From NCBI RefSeq assembly GCF_006345805.1, contig NC_043003.1, forward strand, positions 41,230,001-41,294,000: a stretch of DNA of 64,000 nt, in the 5' to 3' direction. The stretch comes from Octopus sinensis (lineage: Eukaryota). Every line of letters starts with the position of its first letter. The first letter of the stretch is position 1. The notes beneath the pieces were generated by a model, which was given only the letters and a program-made list of their open reading frames with translations, did not search any database and was not told the DNA's origin. Positions 51,551-64,000 of this stretch are shown here, piece by piece. The translations under genes were made by a program, and so were the position numbers.

Positions 51551-52993
51551 GACTAAATATATCCATAGAATAGCCATTCGTCGTGAATAAGATTGATAGG
51601 TATTAATCTCTTTTATCTCAAGCTGTGATCCATGGTGAGTTAGGTGCGAGTACCAATAAAAAATACTATCGAAGCCTTATATCTCAGATCTGGTATACCA
51701 TCCTATAGAGGAATCGAACAAGATCTCCTTCTCAAATTCTAACAGCATGAATTTTCGTGGAATAAAATAGATTACTTATAGCTCATTATGATCATGGTAA
51801 CCAGACCTTGCGATAACTAATTTACTTAAGTCCTGGGCTTTCACTCGAAAGACGAATAATTGGTCACTGAAATTCCACTAAATGAAATTGGTAGAATTTG
51901 CATGATCATATGTCGCTAATGCTTTAATGAAGTTAGCGTTGCTAGTCTATTGTTTTAGTATCGTAACAGGCGTAATTGTAAAATAATTTATGCGCATATA
52001 CATCTATGTATTTACGTATGTATTAATGTGAGTACACACACACATACACACACAAATACAATTACTTATATATACATATATATATATATATGCGTATGCG
52101 TATATTTATGTACGTACAAACATATATACATATATTTATCTTCGTACATACTTATGTGTGTGTGCGTGCGTGCATGTGTGTGTGTGTTTGTGTGTGCAGA
52201 CAAAAGCAGACATCTATATATTGTTCAATTTCAAAACATTGCGACACTTAAAATTGTCGTCTCGGAGGCAGCTGTCAGAATATATATTACTGAAGAAATG
52301 AACAGCTAGTAAGACGGATTGGAGGCCAGATTTTATCGTCTGCATTATTTTACATCTCATAGAAAAAAGAAGTCACATATGATCAAATATTTAGGAAGTA
52401 ATACGGAGAAGACATTCTAAGCACTCTACTCACTGAAATAGAATTTCTTTTTCCTTTCTCTGCGAAACTTTGACTATTGAAAATCTAGAGACGTCTGGTT
52501 AGAGTAATATGATATTCGTCTTGAAATTCCAAGGAGAAATTGGCGATAATCGCCAACAAAATTATGGTTTGGCTGAACATTGCTATTTACAGTTCATTTC
52601 TGAGTTTCTTTTCATATTTGGGCTTAGGTTTTTTCAATTACTCCGCGTAAATGTTTTTCAACCAAAATCTTCTATATTTAATTGCGCCTTTAGAAGTTCT
52701 TGCTATTTGACACTGAACATGTTTGTGAATTACACTAAAGGCCATTTTAATCAATTATATCGATTCCTGTATTTTTAGCTACTAATTTTATTGATTTCAG
52801 TGTAGAACAGGAGGTTAAAACTTAGCGAGTACAAGAACAAATGGCAAACAAATATACTGGGTTGGCCACAAGTCACACACAACATAAGTTCAGTGCTCTC
52901 CGGAATTGTCAAAGACATTTCACATTTTCAAAAATTTCATAAAATAAATAAAATAGCTATGAATGTACACGTACTTCTATATGATAAGCAAAA

Positions 52994-53089
<96 letters not shown>

Positions 53090-53124
53090 TGATAATGATA
53101 ATAATAATAATAATAATAATAATA

Positions 53125-53187
<63 letters not shown>

Positions 53188-53199
53188 TAATAATAATAA

Positions 53200-53750
53200 T
53201 TGCCCTGATGCAGTACCAGGCAGTGGCTCCCATGGCTTCTGATCTTAACTGATTGGAAGTGTTATCATGTACATTGTTTTGCCTTGGTATAAAAAGATGG
53301 GCTACAACAAATATTCTGCTCAATACCACAGATATGCTTGTCAGTTGTTTGACCGTAACCAGTTGAGCATGTCCATTAGTGGCTGATGATAGGTGCATCT
53401 CTGATCACAAGCAGAAGTAGTGGGGGAGTATCATAGCCATGTGCTGAGAGGGATTTTTTGGGTTTGAATAATTCACCCCTGGAAACATGGGTATTTTATT
53501 CAACATCCTTAAACAACCCTTATTCAGGGACCTTTGAGTAAGATGGGTTATTCGATCAGAAGAAAATTCTAACTGGGCCTTACCTGCAAGATCATGCGCT
53601 GTTAATCTTGATATGAGATTACCATGTCGTGCACATATGGTTGTGATGCATTTGCCTAGTGTACCTTTATCAGACGGGTAGTCATGAAGGGTATACTAGG
53701 CTTCGTATATTTTACCCCAGTGTCCCTTTGATGGCATGCACTGCTCTCTC
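53200..53750 (-). mobile_element. Unclassified ~550-bp interspersed repeat embedded in (AAT)n
   Basis: Non-coding segment flanked on both sides by long (AAT)n arrays. A partial second copy is at about 55200-55330 (GTGCATCTCTGATCA..CATGTG.TGAGAGGGATT.TTTGGGG.TTGAATAA). Confidence 0.6.
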
Positions 53751-53767
53751 ATAATAATAATAATATA

Positions 53768-53809
<42 letters not shown>

Positions 53810-53871
53810 TAATAATAATAATGATAATAATAATAATACAATAATAATGATGATGATGATAATAATAATAA

Positions 53872-53946
<75 letters not shown>

Positions 53947-54367
53947 CTAATATAATAATACTCTTGTGCTTCTCCTGCGTCACAACACATGAATGAGAAA
54001 GGAAGGGGTGATCGATGAATAAGAAAGGAAGGGGTGATGGCAAATTGGTAGTGGGAGCATTACAACTCTGTGTGAATATATGTGTGTGTGTGTGTCCAAT
54101 GGAAGTGGGATGGTGAGCATTCAACGCTGAAAAGAAAAATCAGTGTTTCAACTCTGTGTGAGTTTGTGTGTATGTGTGTGCGTGTACAAGGGAAGTATGT
54201 GGATGTCTGTATGTGACCCAGCGTTCTTTCAGTAACAAAACGATGATCAACGTCACATCTCAAAAGAAAACCACTAGATAACATTGACAACTGTAATTTG
54301 ATTTACCATCCATATTTATACATAAAATACTACAAATAGCTGTCAGTTTTGACGGCACGGGGCCAGC

Positions 54368-54459
<92 letters not shown>

Positions 54460-54515
54460 TTTCGTTTTTGGATTTGGTTTGCAAGATTCTTTATATGAGT
54501 CCGTGTGTTGAAGCA

Positions 54516-54838
<323 letters not shown>

Positions 54839-55639
54839 TAAATAAAATGCGAAATGTTTCGGTGCCTGACTTTTGGTCCACCCGCTATATAAGTAACAAA
54901 AGTACAGAATAACTATACAGAAATGGTTCTAAATCTTGTGTCACTGTTTTCAAGTTAATAATGCCTCACTAGACATATGACGAATAGCATGTACCAAGAT
55001 GGGATCTTTCTGGCGGATAGAGTTCATCATTCTATTACTGCTGGTGTAAAAGTAATTATCTGTATCTTTTCATAAAACATTTGTGATTTTTCTCATTCTA
55101 ATCAATAGAATCACCTCTTTGAAATAGGAAGGTCTTACGCCTTCTCACCTTGAAATGGATAATGAGACTCTCTGTTCAATATCACAGATTTCTTTTTTAG
55201 TTGTTTGATCTTAGCCACTTGATCATATCCCCCTGTGGCTGACAGTATGTGCATCTCTGATCATGTGCAGATGTATTGAGAGAATATCATATCCATGTGT
55301 TGAGAGGGATTCTTTGGGGCTTGAATAAACATGACAAAAGCAAAATTTCAGGGAAATATTAGCCCTTTTTCATACGTTCTAGGGAGAAGCGAATAGAAAA
55401 AAATAGTTGCTACCCAAGGACAAAAGTCCTGTTATACAACGCTATTCTCTACTGTCGACCAGATTATCAAATGCCATTATACATCGCTGATAACAATGTG
55501 CTTTAATTCTTCCCTAATTACAACTTCTTATTCATTTGGGCCCGAATACTCTACACGTCACTTTCTCATCTGCCTGGAGGTTTTCTCAGTAGGCTCTACC
55601 GACATTTGGCACAAGTCTCTACAAAACAGTATTTCTATT

Positions 55640-55903
55640 TTTTTCCCCTTTTTTCTTCTTTTTTCATTTCTCTTTTCTTTTGTTCCTTTTCCTTTTCTTT
55701 TTTTCTTTTTATTCTTTTTATTTTTTATTTTATTTATTTATTTTTTTTTGTTCTTTTCTTCCCTTTTACGATCCCTCTTGATCGAAAACCTACGCCACCC
55801 CTTTTTTTTTCTTTTGTTTTTTTCATCCCCCAAAAGAAAAGCTCTACCTTGTAACTTGTCCCATCTGTGTGCAGCCCTGTGTGGCCAATAAAGAAACTTA
55901 TCT
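55640..55903 (+). mobile_element. Tx1-like LINE copy A, 3' UTR only
   Basis: Near-identical to 58380-58635; ends AATAAAGAAACTTATCT. Confidence 0.88.
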
Positions 55904-55954
55904 GTTGTATGTGTGCCTTGCGACACTATGTTTATTTAGAATTCATGTTTTATT

Positions 55955-56160
55955 TATTTCAGTCGTTGGACAACGGCCATACTGGGGCAACGTCTCGAAC
56001 TGTGAAGTCGAAAAATAAAGTAGCTACAGTAATTTTTTTGTTTTTAAGTCTGATTGTCATTTATTCAATCACAGCAGACGAACCGCTAGGTTATGGGAGA
56101 CAGAGGTATACAACATCGGTTGTGAAGCAGTATTGTCGAGGCAAACACAAATACACATAT
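55955..56160 (-). mobile_element. SINE family A 3' half (left part of a split element)
   Basis: TTTCAGTC..CGGCCATACTGGGGCA..GAACCGCTAGGTTATGGGAGAC..CATCGGTTGTGAAGCA..CAAACACA, collinear with 34180-34330. Confidence 0.7.
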
Positions 56161-56175
56161 ACACAAGCATATCTG

Positions 56176-56264
<89 letters not shown>

Positions 56265-58631
56265 AATCTGAGCCGTAACACTGCTGAAGAAAGATCTAAA
56301 CAAGGGAAATGTAATAGATAACTTTAGGCCCATCACTCTGCTTAATGCAGACTTGAAAATTTTGGCCAAGGTGCTAGCCAAGAGGTTGGCGCTTGTCATC
56401 GAGAAACTGGTCGACAAGGCGCAAACATGCGCCGTGCCAGGCCGGACCATCCATGACAACTTCCACCTGATGCGCTACATCATAGACAGGGTAGTTAACG
56501 AACCTGGCATGGGTGGGGCGCTGATCAATTTGGATCAATCGAAAGCTTTCGATAGGGTAGACCATCGATACTTGGAGGCGGTCCTCAGAGCGGCTGGCTT
56601 CGGATAGCCGCTTGTACAGAGGCATCCGTTCGGTAATTCGCGTGAATGGACATCTATCGAGACCCTTCGACATCGCACGTTCGGTCCGTCAGGGATGCCC
56701 CCTCTCGTCGCTTCTATACGTATTGACTCTCGAGCCATTATTGCAGAAGCTGGCAACTTTGAGGGGCATCCCGTGAGAACTGGGATGCGGGACGAGCGTG
56801 TCTGCATACGCGGACGACGTCACCGTCATAGTCTCTAGCCACGAGCACATCGAGCAGGTCGGCGAGACACTGAAAAACTACGAAGCGGTGACAGGAGCGA
56901 AAATCAACCGGGAAAAGTCAGTGGGCTTGCGACTAGGCACCTGGAGAAGCAAGCCCATGCAGTCCACCAGCGCCTCCGTCGTGGGACGCTGGACCGACGG
57001 CGCGGTTGAGTTGCTCGGGGTCTGGTTTGGTCCGGACCTCCAAGTGGAGAAGAACTGGAACGAGATAACGAGTAGGGTGGTCACTCTCGCCCGGCAATGG
57101 GCCGAGAGGAAACTGTCCCTAAAAGGTCGGGCGGAGGTGGCGAACACGTACATCGCGTCCGTCATCTACTACCGCCTGACCGTCGTACCTTGTCCCGACC
57201 CTACCATCACCAAACTACAACACATTCTCTTTCGCTTCTTGTGGAAAGGATGCGTCCCGATGGTCAGGCGATCCATTTGCTGTCAACACCCGTTAAAAGG
57301 AGGGCTGGGCATGCCGTGGTTGATGATGCGCAGACACGCGCTGAGACTGCGACATCTCTGACTCTATGTAGACGACGGTGAACAGTGTGGTCGCCGTTTG
57401 TGAGGCACGCTTTCCCGCAGCTCGTCTCCATGATCGAACTGCAGTCGTGGTCAAAAAGAGGCCGAGGAAGGGCGAATGGCACCGCGAGTGTCGCGTTGCT
57501 CTCAAGCAACTCTGCCGTCCTGGGTCGACCTTGAGTGACTTCAACACAACCAAAGCATTCTATAGGGGATTAGTGGAGGGGAGGTACGACGACGAGCTCG
57601 GGGCGAACCTGAACGTCGACGAGGAGTACCTGACCCGCCTGTTCAGGACGACTTTCGGCCAGGGCCCATGGACAACTTCGAGATCCTGGCGTGGCAGTGT
57701 TACCGAGAAGCGCTACCCGTTCGGGATAAGCTCTACAGACATGGCTCGAGAAACACGGGGCCGACCTGCCCGAGATGCGGTCAGAGCGACGAAACCGTTC
57801 TGCACGCACTCGTGCAGTGTCCAACATTTCCGACCTGTGGGCTTGTGTCGAACAACTGCTGTCACGTGTGGGACGAGTCGGTTTATCAGCTGAGTCTATC
57901 GTCAATATTGTCACGCCTCCTTCCTTCAAACGGGAAGGAAGAGCTATTTTCATCATCCTTGCGGCTATGGCGAAAGAATGCATCTGGTGGACGCGTCTGA
58001 AAGGATTGGAGACAAACACTTTACTCTCTGGTCAATCTCTCATCAACTTCTTCAAGTACCACTTGAAAAGGAAAGTGAGAGTAGAGAGGCAAGTTTTGTC
58101 TAGCGAATGTTTTAAAAAAAGATGGGTGAATGTAGCAAGGATGGCACGTATGAATGACGAAGCCACCTTGAGCATAATCCTATGAACCCAGAAATTGAAA
58201 ACAGAGGGTTACCCACTTGCAAACAAATGTGGTAACATATAACAATATTGACCAAGGTTACCGTGGTCTTTTTCGTAGGCTTTTCTTCCCACGGATAAAC
58301 CTTACTTGCTTTCCCCTTTACACCATATATCATAACACTGTGATACACGATCCCTATTGATCGTTCTTTTTTTTCCTCTTCCCCTTTTTTTCCCCTTTTT
58401 CTTCTTTTTTCATTTCTTTTTTCTTTTGTTCCTTTTCCCTTTCTGTTTTTTTTATTCTTTTTATTTTTTATTCTATTTATTTTTTTTCATTTTTTGTTGT
58501 TCTTTTCTTCCCTTTTACGATCCCTCTTGATCGAAAACCTACGCCACCCCCTTTTTTCATCCCCCAAAAGAAAAGCTCTGCCTTGTAACTTGTCCCATCT
58601 GTGTGCAGCCCTGTGTGGCCAATAAAGAAAC

Positions 58632-58632
<1 letters not shown>
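56265..58632 (+). mobile_element. Tx1/L1-clade LINE copy B, 5'-truncated at the start of RT, defective
   Basis: NFRPITLLNADLKILAKVLAKRL, LINLDQSKAFDRVDH, SVRQGCPLS, SAYADDVTV, LSLKGRAEVAN, GGLGMP, C-terminal CPRCGQSDETVLHALVQC zinc knuckle, T-rich 3' UTR and (TATC)n. A small deletion and stops break the ORF. Confidence 0.93.
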
Positions 58633-58709
<77 letters not shown>

Positions 58710-58710
58710 C

Positions 58711-59807
58711 AGGCACCGCGAGTGTCGCGTTGCTCTCAAGCAACTCTGCCGTCCCGGGTCGACCTTGAGTGACTTCAACACAACCAAAGCATTCTATAGA
58801 GGATTAGTGGAGGGGAGGTACGACGACGAGCTCGGGGCAAACCTGGGCGTCGACGAGGAATACCTGACCCGCCTGTTTCAAACGACTTTCGGCCCGGGAC
58901 CTATGGACAACTTCCAGAGATCCCTGGCCTGGCGGTGCTACCGAGAAGCGCTACCCGTTCGGGATAAGCTCTATAGGCATGGCTCGAGAAACACGGGGCC
59001 GACCTGCCCGAGAGCGGGCGAGCGACGAAACCGCTCTGCACGCAATCGTGCAGTGTCCAGCAATTTCCCACCTGTGGGCTTATGTCGAACGACTGCTGTC
59101 CGTGTGGGACGTGTCGGTTTATCAGCCGAGTCTATCGTTAATATCGTCACGCCTCCTTCCTTCAAACGGGAAGGAAGAGCTATTTTATCATACTTGTGGC
59201 TATGGCGAAAGAATGTATCTGGTGGACGCGCCTGAAAGGATTAGAGACAAACACTTTCCTCTCTGGCCAATCTCTCATCAACTTCTTCAAGTATCACTTG
59301 AAGAGGAAGTGAGAGTAGAGAGCAAGTTTTGTCTAGTGAATGTTTTAAAAAAAGAGGGTGAATGTAGCAAGGATGGCACGTTTGAATGACGAAGCCACCT
59401 TGACTATGATTCTATGAACCGTAAAAATTAATACAGAGAGTTGCTTATTTGCAAAAAAAAAAAAGAAATATAACATGTGACTTCATTGACCGAGGTTACC
59501 GTGGTCTTTTCCGTAGGCTTTTCTTTCCACGGGTAAACCTCACCTGTTCTCCCCTTTACACTTCATATTGACATTTCTGTGATAACGATCCCTATTGCTC
59601 AATTTTTTTGCTCTCCCCCACCTTTTTTTTATTTTTATTTTTTTATTTTTTTATTTTTTATTAACCCCTCCCTTTTTTTTGTCCTCTTTCTTTCCTTTTA
59701 CGATCCCTTTTGATCGAAAACCACCACTCCCTTTTTTTACCCCCAAAAGAAAAGCTCTACCTTGTAATTTGTTCTGTGTGCAGCCCTGTGTGGCTAATAA
59801 AGAAACA
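58711..59807 (+). mobile_element. Tx1/L1-clade LINE copy C, 5'-truncated
   Basis: Collinear with copy B from GGCACCGCGAGTGTCG onward, but with many substitutions and a more diverged 3' UTR. Ends AATAAAGAAACA(TATC)n. Confidence 0.92.
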
Positions 59808-60047
<240 letters not shown>

Positions 60048-60119
60048 TCTACACACACACACATATATATATATGTATGTGTGTGTGTGTATGTGTGTGT
60101 GTATGTATGTATGTATGTA

Positions 60120-60265
60120 CGATGCACACAGTTTCCATCTACCAAATTCACTCATAAAGCAATGGTCTGCCCGCGTGTTTAATAGAAGTAAACAAGAATC
60201 GTCCATGGTGCAGCGCAGTGGGACTGAACCCAAAATAACTTGGTTGCAAATTAAACTTTTTAGCT
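60120..60265 (-). mobile_element. SINE family A 5' half (right part of the split element)
   Basis: CAGTTTCCATCTACCAAATTCACTCA..GCAGTGGGACTGAACCC, collinear with 34380-34490. Confidence 0.72.
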
Positions 60266-60387
60266 TCTTAATCTCACATCCAAGTCCAGCGTCGATTGGC
60301 GGAAATTGTTTTTCAGTACTCCATGAACACATCATACTTCTTCCATTGACTGCATGATGCAACAACAGCAACAACAACACATAACAA

Positions 60388-60472
<85 letters not shown>

Positions 60473-61239
60473 CATAACAGTAGATTAAAAATAATTCTTT
60501 ATATTTATGGGACAGGTTATTACGGATAAAATGTAATTTAATTCAATGTTGTATGCTAAAAATAAAAGAAAAAAAAATAAATAGAAAATAGCAATCACAC
60601 TCGTCAATTTAACGACCCTTCCACCACTTCTGGCATCAAACTATATCAACGTGTTGTACCAAAATATATTTTCTGGGAATATTAAAGGGGTAACGATATA
60701 CTGCAAGGCTGAACAATGATGTGTTGCTTCCGCCAGAGACACTATTCAGCGCTGATGACTGGATGCAAACCAGCAGCCATGTTGTTGATTGTCTACCATG
60801 CTATTGATAATTAGCATTTCTTTTTAACACTTTTGCGCTCTTTATTTCTTTATTTCATTCCTTCAATATTTTTTTGTCATTGATTTATTTCAATAATCTC
60901 TTTATTTTATTTTTTCCCCCAGTATTTCGTTTAGCATCTATTATCCAACTTCTTTCTAGATTTCTGCTTACATATTTATATATTTTAGCTGTTCATTTCT
61001 TTAACCCATCCAGTGTCAAAGACTGCTGTAGAATACAATTCTATTTTGTTAATCTCAAATGTAAAGAATCTCAGTGATAATGACAACTGAATTTTGAAAG
61101 GATGAATAAAAAAAGAAGAAAAGAAATTAGATGCTTCAATTATTCGAAGATGAATGAAGAAATATATGGATGGATGACGTGAATGAAGAAAGAAGATAAC
61201 ATGTCTGAAGGATGAAAAAAATAACGAGTTGAGAAATGG

Positions 61240-61255
61240 AATGATAACAATAATA

Positions 61256-61299
<44 letters not shown>

Positions 61300-61515
61300 G
61301 ATGAACAATAATAACTACAATGTAGTAGTAGTAGTAGTAGTAGTAGTAGAAGAAGAAGAAGAAGAAGAAGAAGAAGAAGAAGAAAGGAGGAGGAGGCGGA
61401 ATAGGAGGAAGAAAAAGAAGAAGAAAAAGGAGAAGAAGAAGAAGGAGGAGTAGAAGAAGAAGAAGAAGAAGAAGAAGAAGAAGAAGAAGAAGAAGAAGAA
61501 AAAGGAGAAGAAGAA
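61240..61515. repeat. Compound (GAT)n/(GTA)n/(GAA)n microsatellite
   Basis: Visible directly. Confidence 0.9.
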
Positions 61516-61879
61516 TAGGGACTATGGTTATTTCTCTTAACATCCACGAGGGCTCAACGCATTGTAGACAGTTCAAGGACAAAAGAAAGCACTTATACTC
61601 AATAAAATGTAACAACATAAATAAATAAATAGATGAATAAATAAATAAATTTCTAAAAAGGAAGAGACTTAGGTCGTAAAACCTTATACAAAATTTTGGA
61701 TATTGCACCACATGAAATGGTTCAAATATATCCACTCCCAGATTCTTTCCTGCTGATCATCACTGAAGTCCATTTACCTACGTCAGTCTCGGTACTCGCG
61801 TCCACCTTTCGTAAAACATAATGAAGGGCAGCACCTCTCCCAATACTCACACTTTCCACTTCAAATAGTTATTTTAATA

Positions 61880-63320
61880 TGTAGGCGAAGCTTGGTTAGA
61901 GAATAAATGCCTTATCCATAACAATTTTTTTACTGCTTCGACCACACAAAAGTATTCACCAAAGAACCACTAAAGAGACAAAACCACGCCACTTCCTTGA
62001 CAAGGAAAGACAGCAGATCGATATTCAGCATAGAACCAGCTGGTTGCTACACGTGACAGTAGAAATGCGATGTAACTTGGTAATGCATGAACACTAAACA
62101 AGTCTAGCAGAATCTCTTCGATGATTTGGGCACAATATGAATAAGATCTAATCCAGACGCTCTAGTTTCTAGAGAGCGTTCTCCAAACATGCAATTTTTT
62201 CGTTTAAGACTGGTAGACCAACAATTTTTGAAAATATTACATTATACCGCATCGGAAAAATCTCCAGAGAAGATTGTCTTCGTTAATGTCTCTATTTCTT
62301 TTCAGGCCATCGTCATTCACAGTCTTAATTAACCTTTATAGAATGCAGATATTGGCTTTCCACTCAACCAATTTTCATCCAATAAAGTGCAGTTAGCAAC
62401 TGGCAACATTACTGGTGCACCATTCTCAATGAAAGAACATGTGTTCTAATATGATTAGCTTGCTTGGACAAATCACGACAGTGAAGTGCTATAGGTGTTA
62501 GCCACTTCCACCCGATAGTGAGGTGATAGAATCCTTTTAGCCCATTTCGAAAATAGTAAGACTAAACAATAGTTATCAACTCTGTGTCAATTGATAGCAT
62601 GGTAAATAATCAGAAAATTCGAAGATGATTTGCAAATACCGAGTAATGCTGGTTACAAAAGAAACCCGTTCATTATTCAGTACTATATTGATTCTGATTA
62701 AATATCCCACCAAGATATATTTTTGTACGGCAAAAGCGCTTCTGAATTGGTCAAATGACTAATCAGGTAAAACACCTCTCATTGGAGAAGAGACTCTTTT
62801 CATCTGCTTATTAGTGAGAGCGACTACTTTGCTAGCCATCTCTTGCCATTTGCTCTTATTGGAAATCCAGTCCAGTTCGAGACAAGCTCTGAGTACCTGA
62901 AACGGACCCTTGGTCCTGTAACAGAAAGGTCACAGGCCGACGAAAATTAGTCGGAACAGGTGCCTAGTTGCAAGTGGAGCAACTTATCTGAATAGATTCG
63001 TGCTTCTGAGACCCTTCGTTGCGATTTCAAACCAACACGGCACTGGCCCCAAGACATTTCAGCACAAAAACGTACAAATGAGAGAAGAGTGAGTCAAAAG
63101 GGTATACTTAATAGTCTAAATGTGTGATGCGAAACAGCGCAGGCCGTTTATCTTGATTATTGAACGGATGACGTTGTACTTTGTAAAATTGCAGCCTCAG
63201 AATACAAAACAAAAAAACAGCTGCATTTAAGTGTGCCATCTGACAACAATGTTCGAATCTATCATAAGCTTTCAGCTTATCCATATTACTTAGCACCTCG
63301 TCGAATGGTCATAGATAGAT
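61880..63320 (-). mobile_element. Ancient, heavily decayed Tx1/L1-like LINE
   Basis: Minus-strand LSNMDKLKAYDRFEH..HLNAA corresponds to LINLDQSKAFDRVDH..VLRAA. CGGGTGGAAGTGGCTAACACCTAT (RVEVANTY) corresponds to CGGGCGGAGGTGGCGAACACGTAC of copy B. The motifs occur in collinear order. Confidence 0.55.
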
Positions 63321-63961
63321 CTATCGGAGATAAGACAAATTTGTTGAATTGTATATCATGTTCATGGATTTGCACTTCCATTAAATAATATCCTTTTGAT
63401 TTACTGTAAATTACGACGACTTATCACTCGCAATCATATCCTTTATTTATTCAATTATCATTGTTGTATTATGATTAGTGATATTATTCATATTAAGTCC
63501 CTTTATATTCCGAATTGGAATATCACCGTGGTCAACGTTACCGTTCATCTTTCCAGCGTCAATAAATAAAGTACTAGTTCAGAACTGGGGCCTATTTAAT
63601 CGAATGTTCCGTCTCTTTAAATAAATTTCTGGCAATATGTCTTTGTTAGAATGATTAGTGATGTTAATTGAATATTTTCTGAGATTTTATATCAGGATGA
63701 ATCCAGTTTGACAGAAATCAAAAACGTTCCTATAATCACACCCTCCTATCTTTACAACAATAAAACATCTCAAAGGATATGATACTATCACCCTCTCCCA
63801 TAAACAAAATAACAAAATAATGAATAACTACAGCAACACAATCTTGGACAACAATAACACTAACATCACGAAAAATATTTTTAATTGCACTCAAAGATAT
63901 CATGTTTGACAAACAAGCAACCACGCGAATAACGACGCAAAATAAAGAAACGACATTAATA

Positions 63962-63992
<31 letters not shown>

Positions 63993-64000
63993 CAAACCAG

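Overview
This is eukaryotic, AT-rich DNA saturated with microsatellites and transposon debris. The SINE inventory and repeat density suggest a coleoid cephalopod, probably Octopus; this is an inference and was not checked against a database. I can recognise no host protein-coding gene with confidence, and nearly all ORFs in the track are translated microsatellites. Identifiable content: (1) several tRNA-derived SINE families; (2) LINEs of the CR1, RTE/BovB and L1/Tx1 clades; (3) a decayed but terminally complete hAT DNA transposon and a Tigger/pogo remnant; (4) three fold-back elements; (5) a tRNA-Phe-derived pseudogene with a GCA anticodon; (6) five dispersed Penelope-type hammerhead ribozyme motifs, two nearly intact. 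The most notable signal is a Tx1-like LINE family. Two independent copies sit in tandem inside a (TATC)n tract and split a host SINE in two. The last 41 nt of this LINE are shared with a SINE family present four times in the window, which suggests a microsatellite-associated Tx1 LINE with its own SINE partner.
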